Shown here: in pieces, positions 1-9,387 of the stretch
Position numbering within the stretch: position 1 is the stretch's first letter
How the letters are laid out: each line of letters starts with the position of its first letter
From: Patescibacteria group bacterium
GTDB taxonomy: Bacteria > Patescibacteriota > Patescibacteriia > JAHIZJ01
Reading direction: 5' to 3'
DNA length: 64,000 bases
NCBI GenBank assembly: GCA_041650335.1
Contig: JBAZLK010000002.1
Coordinates: 124,070 to 188,069 of the forward strand
The notes under the pieces: model-generated
Told to the model about the DNA's origin: nothing
What the model saw: only the letters and a program-made list of their open reading frames with translations
Database searches by the model: none
Made by a program: the position numbers and the translations under genes

Positions 1-264
1 TGAGGCAACCATACTCTCCCCTTTTTCCCACTCGCCTTGCGGAAATTCCCAGGACACTGCCTTGACAGCGTACCGGTAGAGCTGGATCAGGTATATTTTT
101 TTACCCGCAATGGGAATGGTAACGCCGTAATCGGGTTTTTCAACAATGCCATAGACACCTCGACTGCCGTCAGAACGGATAACCCGTTTCTCCAACACTT
201 TCATCCAGTGATTTTGATAAACAATCTTTGAGCTAAGCGTTTTCCAAGGTTTCTTTGACTTCAT
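1..264 (-). CDS. NUDIX hydrolase (ADP-ribose pyrophosphatase-like), truncated at window edge
   Basis: Manual translation MKSKKPWKTLSSKIVYQNHWMKVLEKRVIRSDGSRGVYGIVEKPD...QLYRYAVKAVSWEFPQGEWEKGES; NudF-like N-terminus leading into the start of the Nudix box; not in the ORF track. Confidence 0.8.
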   Translation of the reverse strand, partial: MKSKKPWKTLSSKIVYQNHWMKVLEKRVIRSDGSRGVYGIVEKPDYGVTIPIAGKKIYLIQLYRYAVKAVSWEFPQGEWEKGESMVAS

Positions 265-440
265 GGTATTCACCATTATTGGCAAGCTTTCATATCTATT
301 GTAGCTGGCCATGAAAAAATACACAAACCACCCTCTTGCATCTGTTGCATAAGTATGGTAAACCGCAGGTATTACCGCCGTTTCTCCAAGCAGTTACGGC
401 ACCACACCAGACGCCCTATTTCCAAGGAGGAGTGTATTCG

Positions 441-875
441 ATGAGGTGCGTAGCCCTGGCTACTCCCGTTGCGCTACCGGCTGAACGCTCGGCGGCGTGG
501 GTCGCGGTCGGCGATCGTGTCATGTGTTACGTGGATGATCGAGCCAGGTTCTTTCCGGACGACGATCAGCTGGCATTCTCGGACAGGTGGGTCCCGGGCC
601 GAGTGACGATTGCTTGCCCGCCCGGTCGGTGCGCCAAACAACCGTATCTGTCCGTGGACCTTGATCGGACGATCTTTCTGCAGCCCAACCCCCATCGTCC
701 GACCATCCCCCTTCGTCGCGAGATCGTCCTGCGCTGGACCAGTCCACGCGTGCTGCGGCAGGAAGAGTATCGCCGGTTGCGCTCGGACTCAGCGACAAGG
801 GATGCCTGGCAGCCGGCAGCCGAGGCGCAGAAAGACCACTCACCGCACTCTCTTGCCTGCTTCAGCCCGGAATGA
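441..875 (+). CDS. Hypothetical protein (~144 aa)
   Basis: Strong SD AAGGAGG at ~424-430 before ATG 441; followed by a hairpin plus T-run at ~902-934; no family recognised. Confidence 0.5.
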   Translation: MRCVALATPVALPAERSAAWVAVGDRVMCYVDDRARFFPDDDQLAFSDRWVPGRVTIACPPGRCAKQPYLSVDLDRTIFLQPNPHRPTIPLRREIVLRWTSPRVLRQEEYRRLRSDSATRDAWQPAAEAQKDHSPHSLACFSPE

Positions 876-915
876 ATCCCCGCACCCATGGCCGGCTCGT
901 TCCCTTGTGACTCGC

Positions 916-1410
916 TCACGAGGGCTTTTCTTTTCCCGCTGTTCTCAATACCTTCTCTGCAAACTGTTGGGCTTTTTGACAGTCGTTCGTGTTCGGCCGG
1001 CCACGATATAAGCCGCCGATGTATTTAAATATCCCCCAGCTATCCCAGCCCGGGCAATCAAATTCGCCAATAATCTGGTATTTTTTGTCCACGAGCATCC
1101 GGCGCAACTCTTGGTGGCTGCCGAACCAGGCGCCGTGAGTTGAAAATATAAAAACGGGAAAACCTTCGCGTTTAGGCAGCTGACTGGCAAAATCCAGCAG
1201 CGCCTGGTGGTGTTTCCAAAAATAAATACCCGAACCAAAGCCGACCAAATCATATTCCATAACCTCTTCAGGTTTTATCGTAAACGGCTTCCTCAGGTCA
1301 GCCGACAAAACATCGCCCATCTCCCGGGCGATAGTTTCCGTGTTGTGGTGGTGGATTGATTGGTAGATGATGAGCGTCTTCACTATAATTACCTCATCGG
1401 TTGTATTCAC
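916..1410 (-). CDS. Flavodoxin family protein
   Basis: KTLIIYQSIHHHNTE, YDLVGFGSGIY, FIFSTHG, GEFDCPGWD..GRPN motifs; the true start may be slightly downstream (GTG ~1383). Confidence 0.85.
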   Translation of the reverse strand: MNTTDEVIIVKTLIIYQSIHHHNTETIAREMGDVLSADLRKPFTIKPEEVMEYDLVGFGSGIYFWKHHQALLDFASQLPKREGFPVFIFSTHGAWFGSHQELRRMLVDKKYQIIGEFDCPGWDSWGIFKYIGGLYRGRPNTNDCQKAQQFAEKVLRTAGKEKPS

Positions 1411-1489
1411 TCAGCCAACTGAATTTATCTACTACTCATGACAAGTTTGGCTCCGCTTAATCCATGCTATTAACCGCGAATTTATAAGT

Positions 1490-2032
1490 TTAATCGTAAG
1501 CGACTGAAAACATTGGGTATAAGCCTTTGAGAACTATTTTAACTTCATTAAGAGCCCTGATGATATGTCGATTTAAATAGAGTTTTTGATCGCCGAAGAA
1601 AAAACAAACATCGTTTTCGTAATCTGAAACTAATTCCTTCCCTGATATGTTTGCTATTTTTCCTTTACCGTATGCAATATTAAAATAAAAAACAGTTTTA
1701 CCATCTAATAAATAATTATCCGATTCAATGTGGCAAGCAGCATCCCTTACATAACGAACAGCACTTGTTATATCCTTTACAAGCCTTCTACCATTATTAT
1801 ATTTTAAAACAACCATATCATCGGTAAAATTTATTCTCTTTCCAGATTTATCGCACTTCCAAAGCAAATTTTGCAATCTAATTATTAGCTCTGTAAAGGC
1901 TGATTGCACCAATGGATTTTTCCAGTTTCTTTTCTCAAAAATTTTGCTTTCTAATATTTTTGATATCCTATCAAATTCATATAGTGCCTCGCTTTGTTCT
2001 CTAATATTTTTTGGTTGGTTATTATTGCTCAT
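1490..2032 (-). CDS. AT-rich hypothetical protein with an Rx4H (RDAACH) HEPN-like motif
   Basis: 180-aa ORF, visibly lower GC than its flanks, directly 3' of tRNA-Gln. Confidence 0.65.
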   Translation of the reverse strand: MSNNNQPKNIREQSEALYEFDRISKILESKIFEKRNWKNPLVQSAFTELIIRLQNLLWKCDKSGKRINFTDDMVVLKYNNGRRLVKDITSAVRYVRDAACHIESDNYLLDGKTVFYFNIAYGKGKIANISGKELVSDYENDVCFFFGDQKLYLNRHIIRALNEVKIVLKGLYPMFSVAYD

Positions 2033-2045
2033 AGTTTTGATTTAC

Positions 2046-2119
2046 TGGCTCCGGGGCAGGGACTCGAACCCCGATACCTGCCTCCAAAGGGCAGTGTCCT
2101 ACCATTAGACGACCCCGGA
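2046..2119 (-). tRNA. tRNA-Gln(TTG)
   Basis: Reverse strand TCCGGGG acceptor stem, CTGCC-CTTTGGA-GGCAG anticodon arm, GGTTCGAGTCC T-arm, encoded CCA. Confidence 0.95.
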
Positions 2120-2214
2120 TCAAAAACCGCTATTATTATCGACACCCGCCGCGCCTACAAACAAAAAATGGGCGTATCACCCATATCCTAGCAAACAATC
2201 GAAGTTTTTTCAAC

Positions 2215-3543
2215 TCATTTAAGAAATAAGAATATTATGCTCGCAATGGCGACAATAATCATAAAAAAAGTAATTATCCATCCCAGAACATTTACTGGCC
2301 GACTATTGGCGTATTCACCCAGATGTTTTTTGCTGCCACTGATGAGCATGATAAAAATCATCAGAATGGGCGCGATAATACCATTAAGAATGGCCGCGTA
2401 AATCAATGCTTTAATCGGATCAAGACCGATGAAATTGATGGCGAAACCAATGACAATGGCAGCAATAATCACCCCATAAAAAGCATAAGCGTTTTTTAAC
2501 TTCCGATAAAGTCCTTCATGCCAGCGAAAACTTTCTGAAAAAGCATAGGCGGCTGAACCAGCCAACACCGGTATCGCCAGCAGCCCGATCCCGATGATAC
2601 CCACAGCGAAGAGAAGGGTGGCATATTTTCCAGCAAACGGTCGAAGCGCCTCAGCGGCCTGAGCGGCGGTATCGATGTTTGTAATTCCCGCCGGGTGTAA
2701 AACTGCTCCCGTCGTCAAGATAATAAAAAACATGACGATATTTGAAAAGAACATGCCGGTCCATACGTCTTTACGCATAGCCCGGATCTCCGGCCAATTA
2801 TTTTCCTGCGATCGGGCTTTTATCGTCGTTTGGCCGTCTAAGATTTCTTCCTCGACTTCTTGGGAGGCCTGCCAAAAAAAGAGGTACGGCGAAATAGTCG
2901 TGCCAAGAATGCCACAGATCAGGAGGATTTGATCGCGCGATAATTGCAGTGATGGGATAACGGCTCGACGCGCCACGTCTCCCCAGTCAACGCCTTTGAG
3001 CGTTAACGCAGTAATCACGTAGGCCAGCAAGACCAGCGCCAATATTTTTAGCACTTTTGAATACTTGCGATACGAGGTGAATATTTCCAAAATCAGCGTT
3101 ACCACAGTAAAGCCGATAAGCAAGAGAGCGTATTTTAATTGCGGGGCGATGAGATTTGCCGCTTCAGCCATGGCGCCGAGATCCGCGCCGATATTGAATG
3201 TATTGGCAATAAACAGTAGTACCGTGCAAAGATACAGCATCCAGCGGGGAAAGTGGAGACGGATATTGGCCGCTAAGCCGCGGCCGGTAACCAAGCCGAT
3301 CCGGGCGCACATTTCTTGGACAATCGTCATGAACGGAAACGTAAATGCGGCCAGCCAAAGAAGCTGGAAGCCGAAACGGCTTCCCGTCTGCGAATAGGTA
3401 GCAATGCCGGACGGGTCGTCGTCAGCCGCCCCGGTTGTCAGGCCAGGACCAAGCTGATGCCAAAACCGGCCCAGCCTTTTTATGCGATTGGATATGCTGG
3501 GACGCTGAGGGTTAGGCTTTACGGTTGGTGGTTTTTTTGGCAC
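2215..3543 (-). CDS. NRAMP-family divalent metal transporter
   Basis: GPGLTTGAADDDPSGIATYSQ, QEMCARIG and GTTISPYLFFWQ motifs; many TM helices. Confidence 0.9.
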   Translation of the reverse strand: MPKKPPTVKPNPQRPSISNRIKRLGRFWHQLGPGLTTGAADDDPSGIATYSQTGSRFGFQLLWLAAFTFPFMTIVQEMCARIGLVTGRGLAANIRLHFPRWMLYLCTVLLFIANTFNIGADLGAMAEAANLIAPQLKYALLLIGFTVVTLILEIFTSYRKYSKVLKILALVLLAYVITALTLKGVDWGDVARRAVIPSLQLSRDQILLICGILGTTISPYLFFWQASQEVEEEILDGQTTIKARSQENNWPEIRAMRKDVWTGMFFSNIVMFFIILTTGAVLHPAGITNIDTAAQAAEALRPFAGKYATLLFAVGIIGIGLLAIPVLAGSAAYAFSESFRWHEGLYRKLKNAYAFYGVIIAAIVIGFAINFIGLDPIKALIYAAILNGIIAPILMIFIMLISGSKKHLGEYANSRPVNVLGWIITFFMIIVAIASIIFLFLK

Positions 3544-3577
3544 GCTCTATAAATTATCGAGCACCCGTATCGTAATT

Positions 3578-4489
3578 TTATACCTTCAAATGCCGACCAA
3601 TCGCAATCATTGACGATATCACCGAGAGAATCAGAGCTACAATCAGCTGGAGGCCGAATATTTCGAAGAAATGGCTGGCAAAGTAGCTCGCAATATTCAG
3701 ATCATAACCCTGGAAAAAGTTCGTAATTTGCGGAGAAATGACTTTTAACAACGGATAGAGTATGCCCGTGGAGATTACCGTGCCAAGCAACGCATAGATA
3801 ACGCTTTCGAGAATAAACGGCCCGCGGATAAACCAGCCCGTCGCGCCGACCAAACGCATAATACCGATCTCTTCACGATGTGTGTAAATGGTAATCCGAA
3901 TGGTGTTAAAAATAACCAGGATCGCAATAATGATAAAGGTGACACTCATCACCAGCGCGACTTGATACAAGCGATCGGTGATATTCGTCAGCCGCCGGAT
4001 AACGGTTTGATAGTCTTCGAAATCCCGGTCGTAAATAAGCTGGCTGTAGCTCGGGTCTGATAATACCTGCAAAACCTCGTTTGTTTTATTAAGGTCATTC
4101 ACGCGAACGATCAAGGTTGAGCCCAGCGGATTATCCGCTAATATTTCCAGTGTTTCTTGGATAACCGGATCATCCTTAAAACGTTCTTTGAATGAGGCCA
4201 GCGATTGCTCTTTTGGAATAAACGTCACGTCTTTCACTGAGTCGAGCGTCTGGAGTCGGGCTTGGATGGCCTGGATTTCTTTCTCGGCCACGTCGGGATT
4301 AAAATAGACGCTTAAATCCACTTTTTCTTCAACTGACTGGATCGCGCGATCGCCGATGAAGTTTACCGCTCCCAGCAGACTTACGGAAAAAAGCGTCAGA
4401 ACTAAAATCAATAAGGTGGCGGCGGAAAGCCAAATATTTCGGATGAAGTTCTGCCAGGCAAATTTGAGCGCGCGATAAAACGAAATCAT
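3578..4489 (-). CDS. ftsX: Cell division permease FtsX
   Basis: N-terminal TM, extracellular loop, NTIRITIYTHREEIGIMRLVGATGWFIRGPFILE; downstream of ftsE. Confidence 0.93.
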   Translation of the reverse strand: MISFYRALKFAWQNFIRNIWLSAATLLILVLTLFSVSLLGAVNFIGDRAIQSVEEKVDLSVYFNPDVAEKEIQAIQARLQTLDSVKDVTFIPKEQSLASFKERFKDDPVIQETLEILADNPLGSTLIVRVNDLNKTNEVLQVLSDPSYSQLIYDRDFEDYQTVIRRLTNITDRLYQVALVMSVTFIIIAILVIFNTIRITIYTHREEIGIMRLVGATGWFIRGPFILESVIYALLGTVISTGILYPLLKVISPQITNFFQGYDLNIASYFASHFFEIFGLQLIVALILSVISSMIAIGRHLKV

Positions 4490-4506
4490 GTTTCGTGGCT
4501 AAAGCA

Positions 4507-5187
4507 TTATAAAAGGTATTCTCCTTCCTCTTGATCGGAAATGATCTGGCCGTGATCGAGGGTGATTACCCGTTTCCGGAGCGCGTTGACAATATCGCGG
4601 TTATGCGTCACCAAGACAACGGTCGTGCCGAATTTGTTTATCTTTACCAGCAGGTCGATAATCTCCTGGGCGTTAATCGAGTCCAAATTGCCGGTCGGCT
4701 CATCGGCAATGATGATTTTCGGTCGGTGGACCAGGGAACGCGCAATGACAACTCGTTGCTGTTCGCCACCGGATATTTGGCCCGGAAAGCGGTCTGTTTT
4801 ATCTTCAAGGTTAACGATCTTTAAGGCTTGGGGAACGATTGTCCGGATCTTGGTTGGCGATGCGCCGGCTACCTCCAACGCAAAAGCGACGTTTTCATAG
4901 ACCGTCTTTTTCGGCAGGAGCTTAAAATCCTGAAAAACAACGCCGATTTGCCGACGCAAGGTTGGCACCTCGTCGTGTTTAATGTTGGTGATATCCCAGC
5001 CGCCGATAACAATCCGTCCTTTTGTTACCCTCTCCTCGGCAATAATCAGCCTGGCGAGAGTGGTTTTGCCGGTGCCGGATTGGCCGACGATCGAAACAAA
5101 CTCCCCGGGACGGATATGGAGAGTGACGTTTTTGAGAGCGACCGTGTTCGGTTTATAGTTTTTGGTGACGTTTTTGAGATAGATCAT
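4507..5187 (-). CDS. ftsE: Cell division ATP-binding protein FtsE
   Basis: GQSGTGKT Walker A, RRQIGVVFQDFKLL, ISGGEQQRV, ADEPTGNLD; start at MIYLKN. Confidence 0.93.
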   Translation of the reverse strand: MIYLKNVTKNYKPNTVALKNVTLHIRPGEFVSIVGQSGTGKTTLARLIIAEERVTKGRIVIGGWDITNIKHDEVPTLRRQIGVVFQDFKLLPKKTVYENVAFALEVAGASPTKIRTIVPQALKIVNLEDKTDRFPGQISGGEQQRVVIARSLVHRPKIIIADEPTGNLDSINAQEIIDLLVKINKFGTTVVLVTHNRDIVNALRKRVITLDHGQIISDQEEGEYLL

Positions 5188-5260
5188 GGCTTGTTTTGGG
5201 AAAAGGTATCCGCTGAATTCCAACAAAAATAGTCCCGTTCGATTAGATACTATTATAGCA

Positions 5261-5290
5261 TTGACGCGTCACCTTCCTCATGCGTATAAT
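5261..5290 (+). promoter_or_regulatory. Sigma70-type promoter for tRNA-Gly
   Basis: TTGACG-18 bp-TATAAT with an extended-TG-like context. Confidence 0.65.
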
Positions 5291-5432
5291 AAGGAAAGTA
5301 GGGACATCTTAAGTAAAACGTTTCTGGAAGTATTTGTCAAACGGGCGGGCGTCGTTTCCGGCAGAGCCGGACCCGGCTTTGCCGGGCAGTTGGTAGAGTG
5401 CCTGCTTTCTTGGTCCTCGGCGGCAGTTGCCG

Positions 5433-5506
5433 GCGGGATTAGTACAGGGGTAGTATGCTTGCTTCCCAAGCAAGAGACGCGAGTTCGAGTCTCGTATCCC
5501 GCTCCA
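5433..5506 (+). tRNA. tRNA-Gly(CCC)
   Basis: GCGGGAT/ATCCCGC acceptor stem, CTTGC-TTCCCAA-GCAAG anticodon arm, GTTCGAG T-loop, CCA. Confidence 0.95.
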
Positions 5507-5599
5507 TCTGCTCCCGCGAAGGATGCAGTGAGGAGATCGTCGCGCCCGTGGCGGTATCACCCGCTCCAGTTCATGACCGGGCCCCTCGCGGTTTCATCC

Positions 5600-6004
5600 T
5601 TACACCGTTACGTACTGATGCACCTTTTCGATCACGCTGGCGGGCGTTTCAGCGGCTTTGACCAGGTATTCGGCGACGCCCAGCTCTTCCGAGCGTATCC
5701 GATCCTCGTGCGTGTCAATGTTGCTGAACACGAAAACGACCAGCTGGCGCGTCTTCGGATGCTGCCGTAGGTCGGCCAGCAGGTCAAACCCGACCCGCCG
5801 GTCATAGGCGACCATCTCCCCCGGCCGTTCCGGTATGATCAAATCAAGGAGCAACAGTTTTGGCCGGTGTTTTATGGCCAGCTCAATCCCCTGTTCCTTT
5901 GTCTGGGCAACCAAGAGTGTGTAGGTTGAGTGCCGCTCGAAGACCTGTTGGTACAGACGGACCAACGGCTGTTCGTCCTCAACGAGAAGGATTGTTTGTT
6001 TCAT
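5600..6004 (-). CDS. Single-domain response regulator receiver
   Basis: MKQTILLVEDE...LLLLDLIIP...FSN...EYLVK; start set to ATG 6004. Confidence 0.88.
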   Translation of the reverse strand: MKQTILLVEDEQPLVRLYQQVFERHSTYTLLVAQTKEQGIELAIKHRPKLLLLDLIIPERPGEMVAYDRRVGFDLLADLRQHPKTRQLVVFVFSNIDTHEDRIRSEELGVAEYLVKAAETPASVIEKVHQYVTV

Positions 6005-6776
6005 GGACGGCCGAGTGTTTATTGATAAAGTCATAGATTGCCCGATAGACCTCAAACCGTTGCGGTGTTTCATAATAATGGTGTTCCGGGCTATCAAGCC
6101 AGTGCAATGCTTTGTCACGAGAAGCGACCTGATCAACGAGATAGTGGGCGCTTCGTGGCTGCACATTGAAATCTTTTCGAGTTTGAACGACCATGATTGG
6201 CGTCTGAATGCGCCGGAGTATTTTCCGGCTGAGAACAATCACTCGATACATCGCGTGAAGCGCGCGTAGTGGCAAGACGAGATACTTCCCCAGCCGTTCA
6301 TAGTGCGCCCGCTGAGCCGGCTTAACCCAGCTTTTGGTCACGCTTTTCTTCAGCCGCATGAGGAGGGGAATAAGAAAACGATGCAGATATTCGTGAGGCA
6401 AGAATAGTGGGGTGTTAATGGTAACAAGGCCGGACGGTTGGAGGGCGTGTTCGGCGGTCACAATCAAGGCGAGATTCCCGCCGAAAGAATAGCCGACTAC
6501 GGCGACTCCACCTCGCGATACCGTTCTCAAACGCTGATATTCGCTGACCACGGCGGCGCTCCAATCCGATGCCCGTTTCGTATTCAAATCATCGGGCGTT
6601 GTCCCGTGTCCGGGCAAGCAAGGGCCTGAAACGGTCAGGCCGTGCTTTGACAAATACTCGCCTAATTCGATAACATCAGATGGTCCGCTGGAAAACCCAT
6701 GGATCATGAGGACGGCCGGCCGATCCGGCTGTCCGGAGAAGAAAAATGGCTGGGCGACAGGAGCGTGACTTTCCAT
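5979..6776 (-). CDS. Carboxylesterase, alpha/beta hydrolase (Est/YvaK-like)
   Basis: IHGFSSGP, LPGHG, GYSFGG nucleophile elbow, D..V and C-terminal His (SPEHH). Confidence 0.88.
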   Translation of the reverse strand: MESHAPVAQPFFFSGQPDRPAVLMIHGFSSGPSDVIELGEYLSKHGLTVSGPCLPGHGTTPDDLNTKRASDWSAAVVSEYQRLRTVSRGGVAVVGYSFGGNLALIVTAEHALQPSGLVTINTPLFLPHEYLHRFLIPLLMRLKKSVTKSWVKPAQRAHYERLGKYLVLPLRALHAMYRVIVLSRKILRRIQTPIMVVQTRKDFNVQPRSAHYLVDQVASRDKALHWLDSPEHHYYETPQRFEVYRAIYDFINKHSAVHETNNPSR

Positions 6777-6787
6777 AATTTTTTTAG

Positions 6788-6863
6788 GCCGATGTAGCTC
6801 AATTGGCAGAGCAATCCCTTCGTAAGGGAAAGGTTGTCGGTTCGATTCCGACCATCGGCTCCA
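6788..6863 (+). tRNA. tRNA-Thr(CGT)
   Basis: GCCGATG/CATCGGC acceptor stem, TCCC-TTCGTAA-GGGA anticodon arm, GGTTCGATTCC, CCA. Confidence 0.95.
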
Positions 6864-6890
6864 GTAACCTTTTTACGGTTCAGTCTGTGA

Positions 6891-6929
6891 TATAAAACAA
6901 ACCCCGGCTCTTCGGGGTTTGTTTTTATA
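6891..6929. terminator. Bidirectional intrinsic terminator between tRNA-Thr and prsA
   Basis: AAAACAAACCCCG-loop-CGGGGTTTGTTTT inverted repeat. Confidence 0.8.
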
Positions 6930-6934
6930 CCATC

Positions 6935-8275
6935 CTATTTAATGTAATTATAGATTTTCGCGGCGGTTTCCTTTTCGGTCAACCATTGATCGACGCCCAT
7001 CGTGTACACCAGGATATGCTGGAGATGATACCGCTCTTCACCTTCGGTGCCATTGTTGGCTGTATCATCAGCCTTCGGTTTTTCGACGAGCTTGATAATG
7101 TGATAACCGTAAACCGTCTGGACAATTGAGCTGACCTCTCCTTCGTTCAGGGCGAATGCGGCCGTGGCGAATTTTTCATCGAGATCAGACCGAGCCACCC
7201 AGCCGAGATCGCCGGTTTCACCGGACGAGGTGTCTTCATTGTACTCTTTGACAAGATCTTCAAACTTCGAGCCATCCTTCAATTTTTGGGCGACTTCGTC
7301 AATGCGCTTTTTGGCGTTTTGGTTATAACTGAGCGAAGCGTCAAAGGCAAGCTTTTCCTGAACTTTCTGGCGCAAGACGTAGCTCTTAAGAATACTTCTT
7401 TCAAAATCAGCGAGTTTCCAGCCGTACATTTCCTGCAAGGTCGCTTCGAGCGCGTCACGACCGCCTGACTCCGTGCTAAGCTTGTCGACCTCAGTATTGA
7501 TATCAGCTTGGGTAGCCGTTATACCTAACGTCTTTGCCTCAATTTCCAGCAGTTTGTCCTTGATGAGTTTATCGATGATGAGCGACCGAAAATCCTCTTC
7601 TGATGGTTTCGTAACCAGATCAGGGGTAAGCGAAGCCTGTTTGTCGTAATACTGTTTCAACGCGGCCAGGTCGTGATTAAAGTCGCTATACCGAACGAGA
7701 TGGTATTTCACTATGGCCGCCGGGTATGGAACGATTTTCATCACCTCGGTCATCACCCGGTTATTCCATTTATAGCGATATAATCCGACGCCAAAGACCA
7801 CGAGGGCAACGACAACGATGCCCAACAAACCTGCGACGACAAATAATACTACTTTCTTCTTAAGGCTGGTGGATTTTTTCTTTTTCGGCTCCTTTATTTC
7901 GGCCTCGGACGGCTTTATCGACGGTGGCGGCGGTTCGGGCGGTGGCGTCGGTTTCGGGGCGACCGGCGGTACTATTTTTTTCACGGGGGGCGGAGCTTGG
8001 ACCTTTGGCGGTGGCGGTGGCGACGCTTTTACGGGTGGGGCCGGTTTTGCCGTTTTCTGCGGTTGCCCTTGTTTTTGATTAGCCGGCATTGCGTCTTTAT
8101 GGATTACCTCAAGGATTTCCTTCCGCGCTTCGGCCATATCTCGATCGCTTAATTCAGATTCAGCGATAGTATCGGATTGGCTTTTTACGTTCGCCGACGC
8201 ACCGTTGCTCTTCTTTTTTAGGTCCTGATTTGCCTCAGTTTTTTTACCTCGGCCGTTTGATGAGTTTCGTGGCAT
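6935..8275 (-). CDS. PrsA/SurA-like parvulin peptidyl-prolyl isomerase with a Pro-rich N-terminal extension
   Basis: TM anchor, SurA-N-like helical region, FEDLVKEYNED..GDLGW..FATAAFAL..GEVS.IVQTVYGYHIIK. Confidence 0.9.
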   Translation of the reverse strand: MPRNSSNGRGKKTEANQDLKKKSNGASANVKSQSDTIAESELSDRDMAEARKEILEVIHKDAMPANQKQGQPQKTAKPAPPVKASPPPPPKVQAPPPVKKIVPPVAPKPTPPPEPPPPSIKPSEAEIKEPKKKKSTSLKKKVVLFVVAGLLGIVVVALVVFGVGLYRYKWNNRVMTEVMKIVPYPAAIVKYHLVRYSDFNHDLAALKQYYDKQASLTPDLVTKPSEEDFRSLIIDKLIKDKLLEIEAKTLGITATQADINTEVDKLSTESGGRDALEATLQEMYGWKLADFERSILKSYVLRQKVQEKLAFDASLSYNQNAKKRIDEVAQKLKDGSKFEDLVKEYNEDTSSGETGDLGWVARSDLDEKFATAAFALNEGEVSSIVQTVYGYHIIKLVEKPKADDTANNGTEGEERYHLQHILVYTMGVDQWLTEKETAAKIYNYIK

Positions 8276-8284
8276 AATGATCCT

Positions 8285-8698
8285 TTATTTTTTAGCAAAA
8301 AAATAATTCCACCATTTTTGCGGAGGGGAAAGCTGGTCATTGTCCGAGCTATCGCTAGCTGTTGTCGTCTGTCCACCGACCCCAGCTGAGCCACCGGCAA
8401 TAGGAACGCTGATTGCTGATTCACCCTCTTTTTGAAGACCAAGCTTTAATCTCGCTTCTTGCTCCTTGTAGTAGTCAGACTGAAAATACGCGACTAAACC
8501 CGATAATTCGGTGTTTTGATTCTGGAGTTCGGCTATTTGCTCTTCAAGCTTCTGTATTTCTTGACGGACTTCCCAGCGCCTGAAAATTTCCTTAATTAAA
8601 GCCACGGAAAACAGCACGATTATTCCCAATTCGATAACGAGAAGGATTTTCGATGTTAGAAAACGCCGCCATGCATTCGTGGGATTCTTCGGTCTCAT
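8285..8698 (-). CDS. Septum formation initiator (FtsB/DivIC family)
   Basis: TM plus coiled coil, YKEQEARLKLGLQKEGE, C-terminal KWWNYFF typical of CPR homologues. Confidence 0.85.
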   Translation of the reverse strand: MRPKNPTNAWRRFLTSKILLVIELGIIVLFSVALIKEIFRRWEVRQEIQKLEEQIAELQNQNTELSGLVAYFQSDYYKEQEARLKLGLQKEGESAISVPIAGGSAGVGGQTTTASDSSDNDQLSPPQKWWNYFFAKK

Positions 8699-8740
8699 GG
8701 TACAGATTATACCAAAACCGATAAATTCCGACAAGGCAAA

Positions 8741-9379
8741 CTACTTCTTTGGCCTTTTCTGGTTTTTTCCCGCCATCTCCTCTGAGGCAATGAGCTTTTT
8801 GAATTGTTCATCGCTCATCCCCTTCTTTATCCTCATGACGAGATCAATCAATTCCTTGGCTGACAGGTCGTCCGGCGTCTTCTGGGCGGACACTTCGCGT
8901 TGAATTCGAATGATCGTATCCTGCACTTTCTGAGGTTCGGCGATGTCTTTTATCTCCAGGTTTGCCTGAGAGCCGGCAGTCTGTATCTCAAGATCGCCAT
9001 AATTAAATAGTGTTGGCATGACTCCTTTGATGCGAAAACTGACATCCTGAATTTTATCATAGGTCGATTCCGAAACAACTCGTTCAAACAACCCTTTTTG
9101 GTCAAAATCCAAAATGCGCTCCCTGGTCACCACGAGGGCGTTCTGATAATAAATGACGGTCTGACGGAGCGCAAAGATAATTCCGAATACCAGTGCCAGA
9201 AAAAATATGATGATGCCGGCCGTACCCCAGCGGAAAAGCGGATAGAGAAAAAAGAATGGCAGAAGGATGAAGACCAGCGACAAAAAGATGTGAAACGCGT
9301 ACGTCAGGTAGTACCGCCGCACCAGACAGACGATCTCTTCCCCTTCCTTTAAATGTTTGGTAAAATAATGGGTGAACAT
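8741..9379 (-). CDS. Membrane protein with a bacterial PH domain
   Basis: Two TMs then VVTRERILDFDQKGLF...KIQDVS...GDLEIQTAG. Confidence 0.85.
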   Translation of the reverse strand: MFTHYFTKHLKEGEEIVCLVRRYYLTYAFHIFLSLVFILLPFFFLYPLFRWGTAGIIIFFLALVFGIIFALRQTVIYYQNALVVTRERILDFDQKGLFERVVSESTYDKIQDVSFRIKGVMPTLFNYGDLEIQTAGSQANLEIKDIAEPQKVQDTIIRIQREVSAQKTPDDLSAKELIDLVMRIKKGMSDEQFKKLIASEEMAGKNQKRPKK

Positions 9380-9387
9380 TGAACTCT

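Noticed and set aside
5186-5770. 194-aa plus-strand ORF
   Set aside because: It runs through a promoter, tRNA-Gly and the antisense of the receiver gene; spurious.
7880-8060. GGC/GGT-rich low-complexity tract and a Gly-rich plus-strand ORF
   Set aside because: It is the antisense of the Pro-rich linker in the PrsA-like protein.
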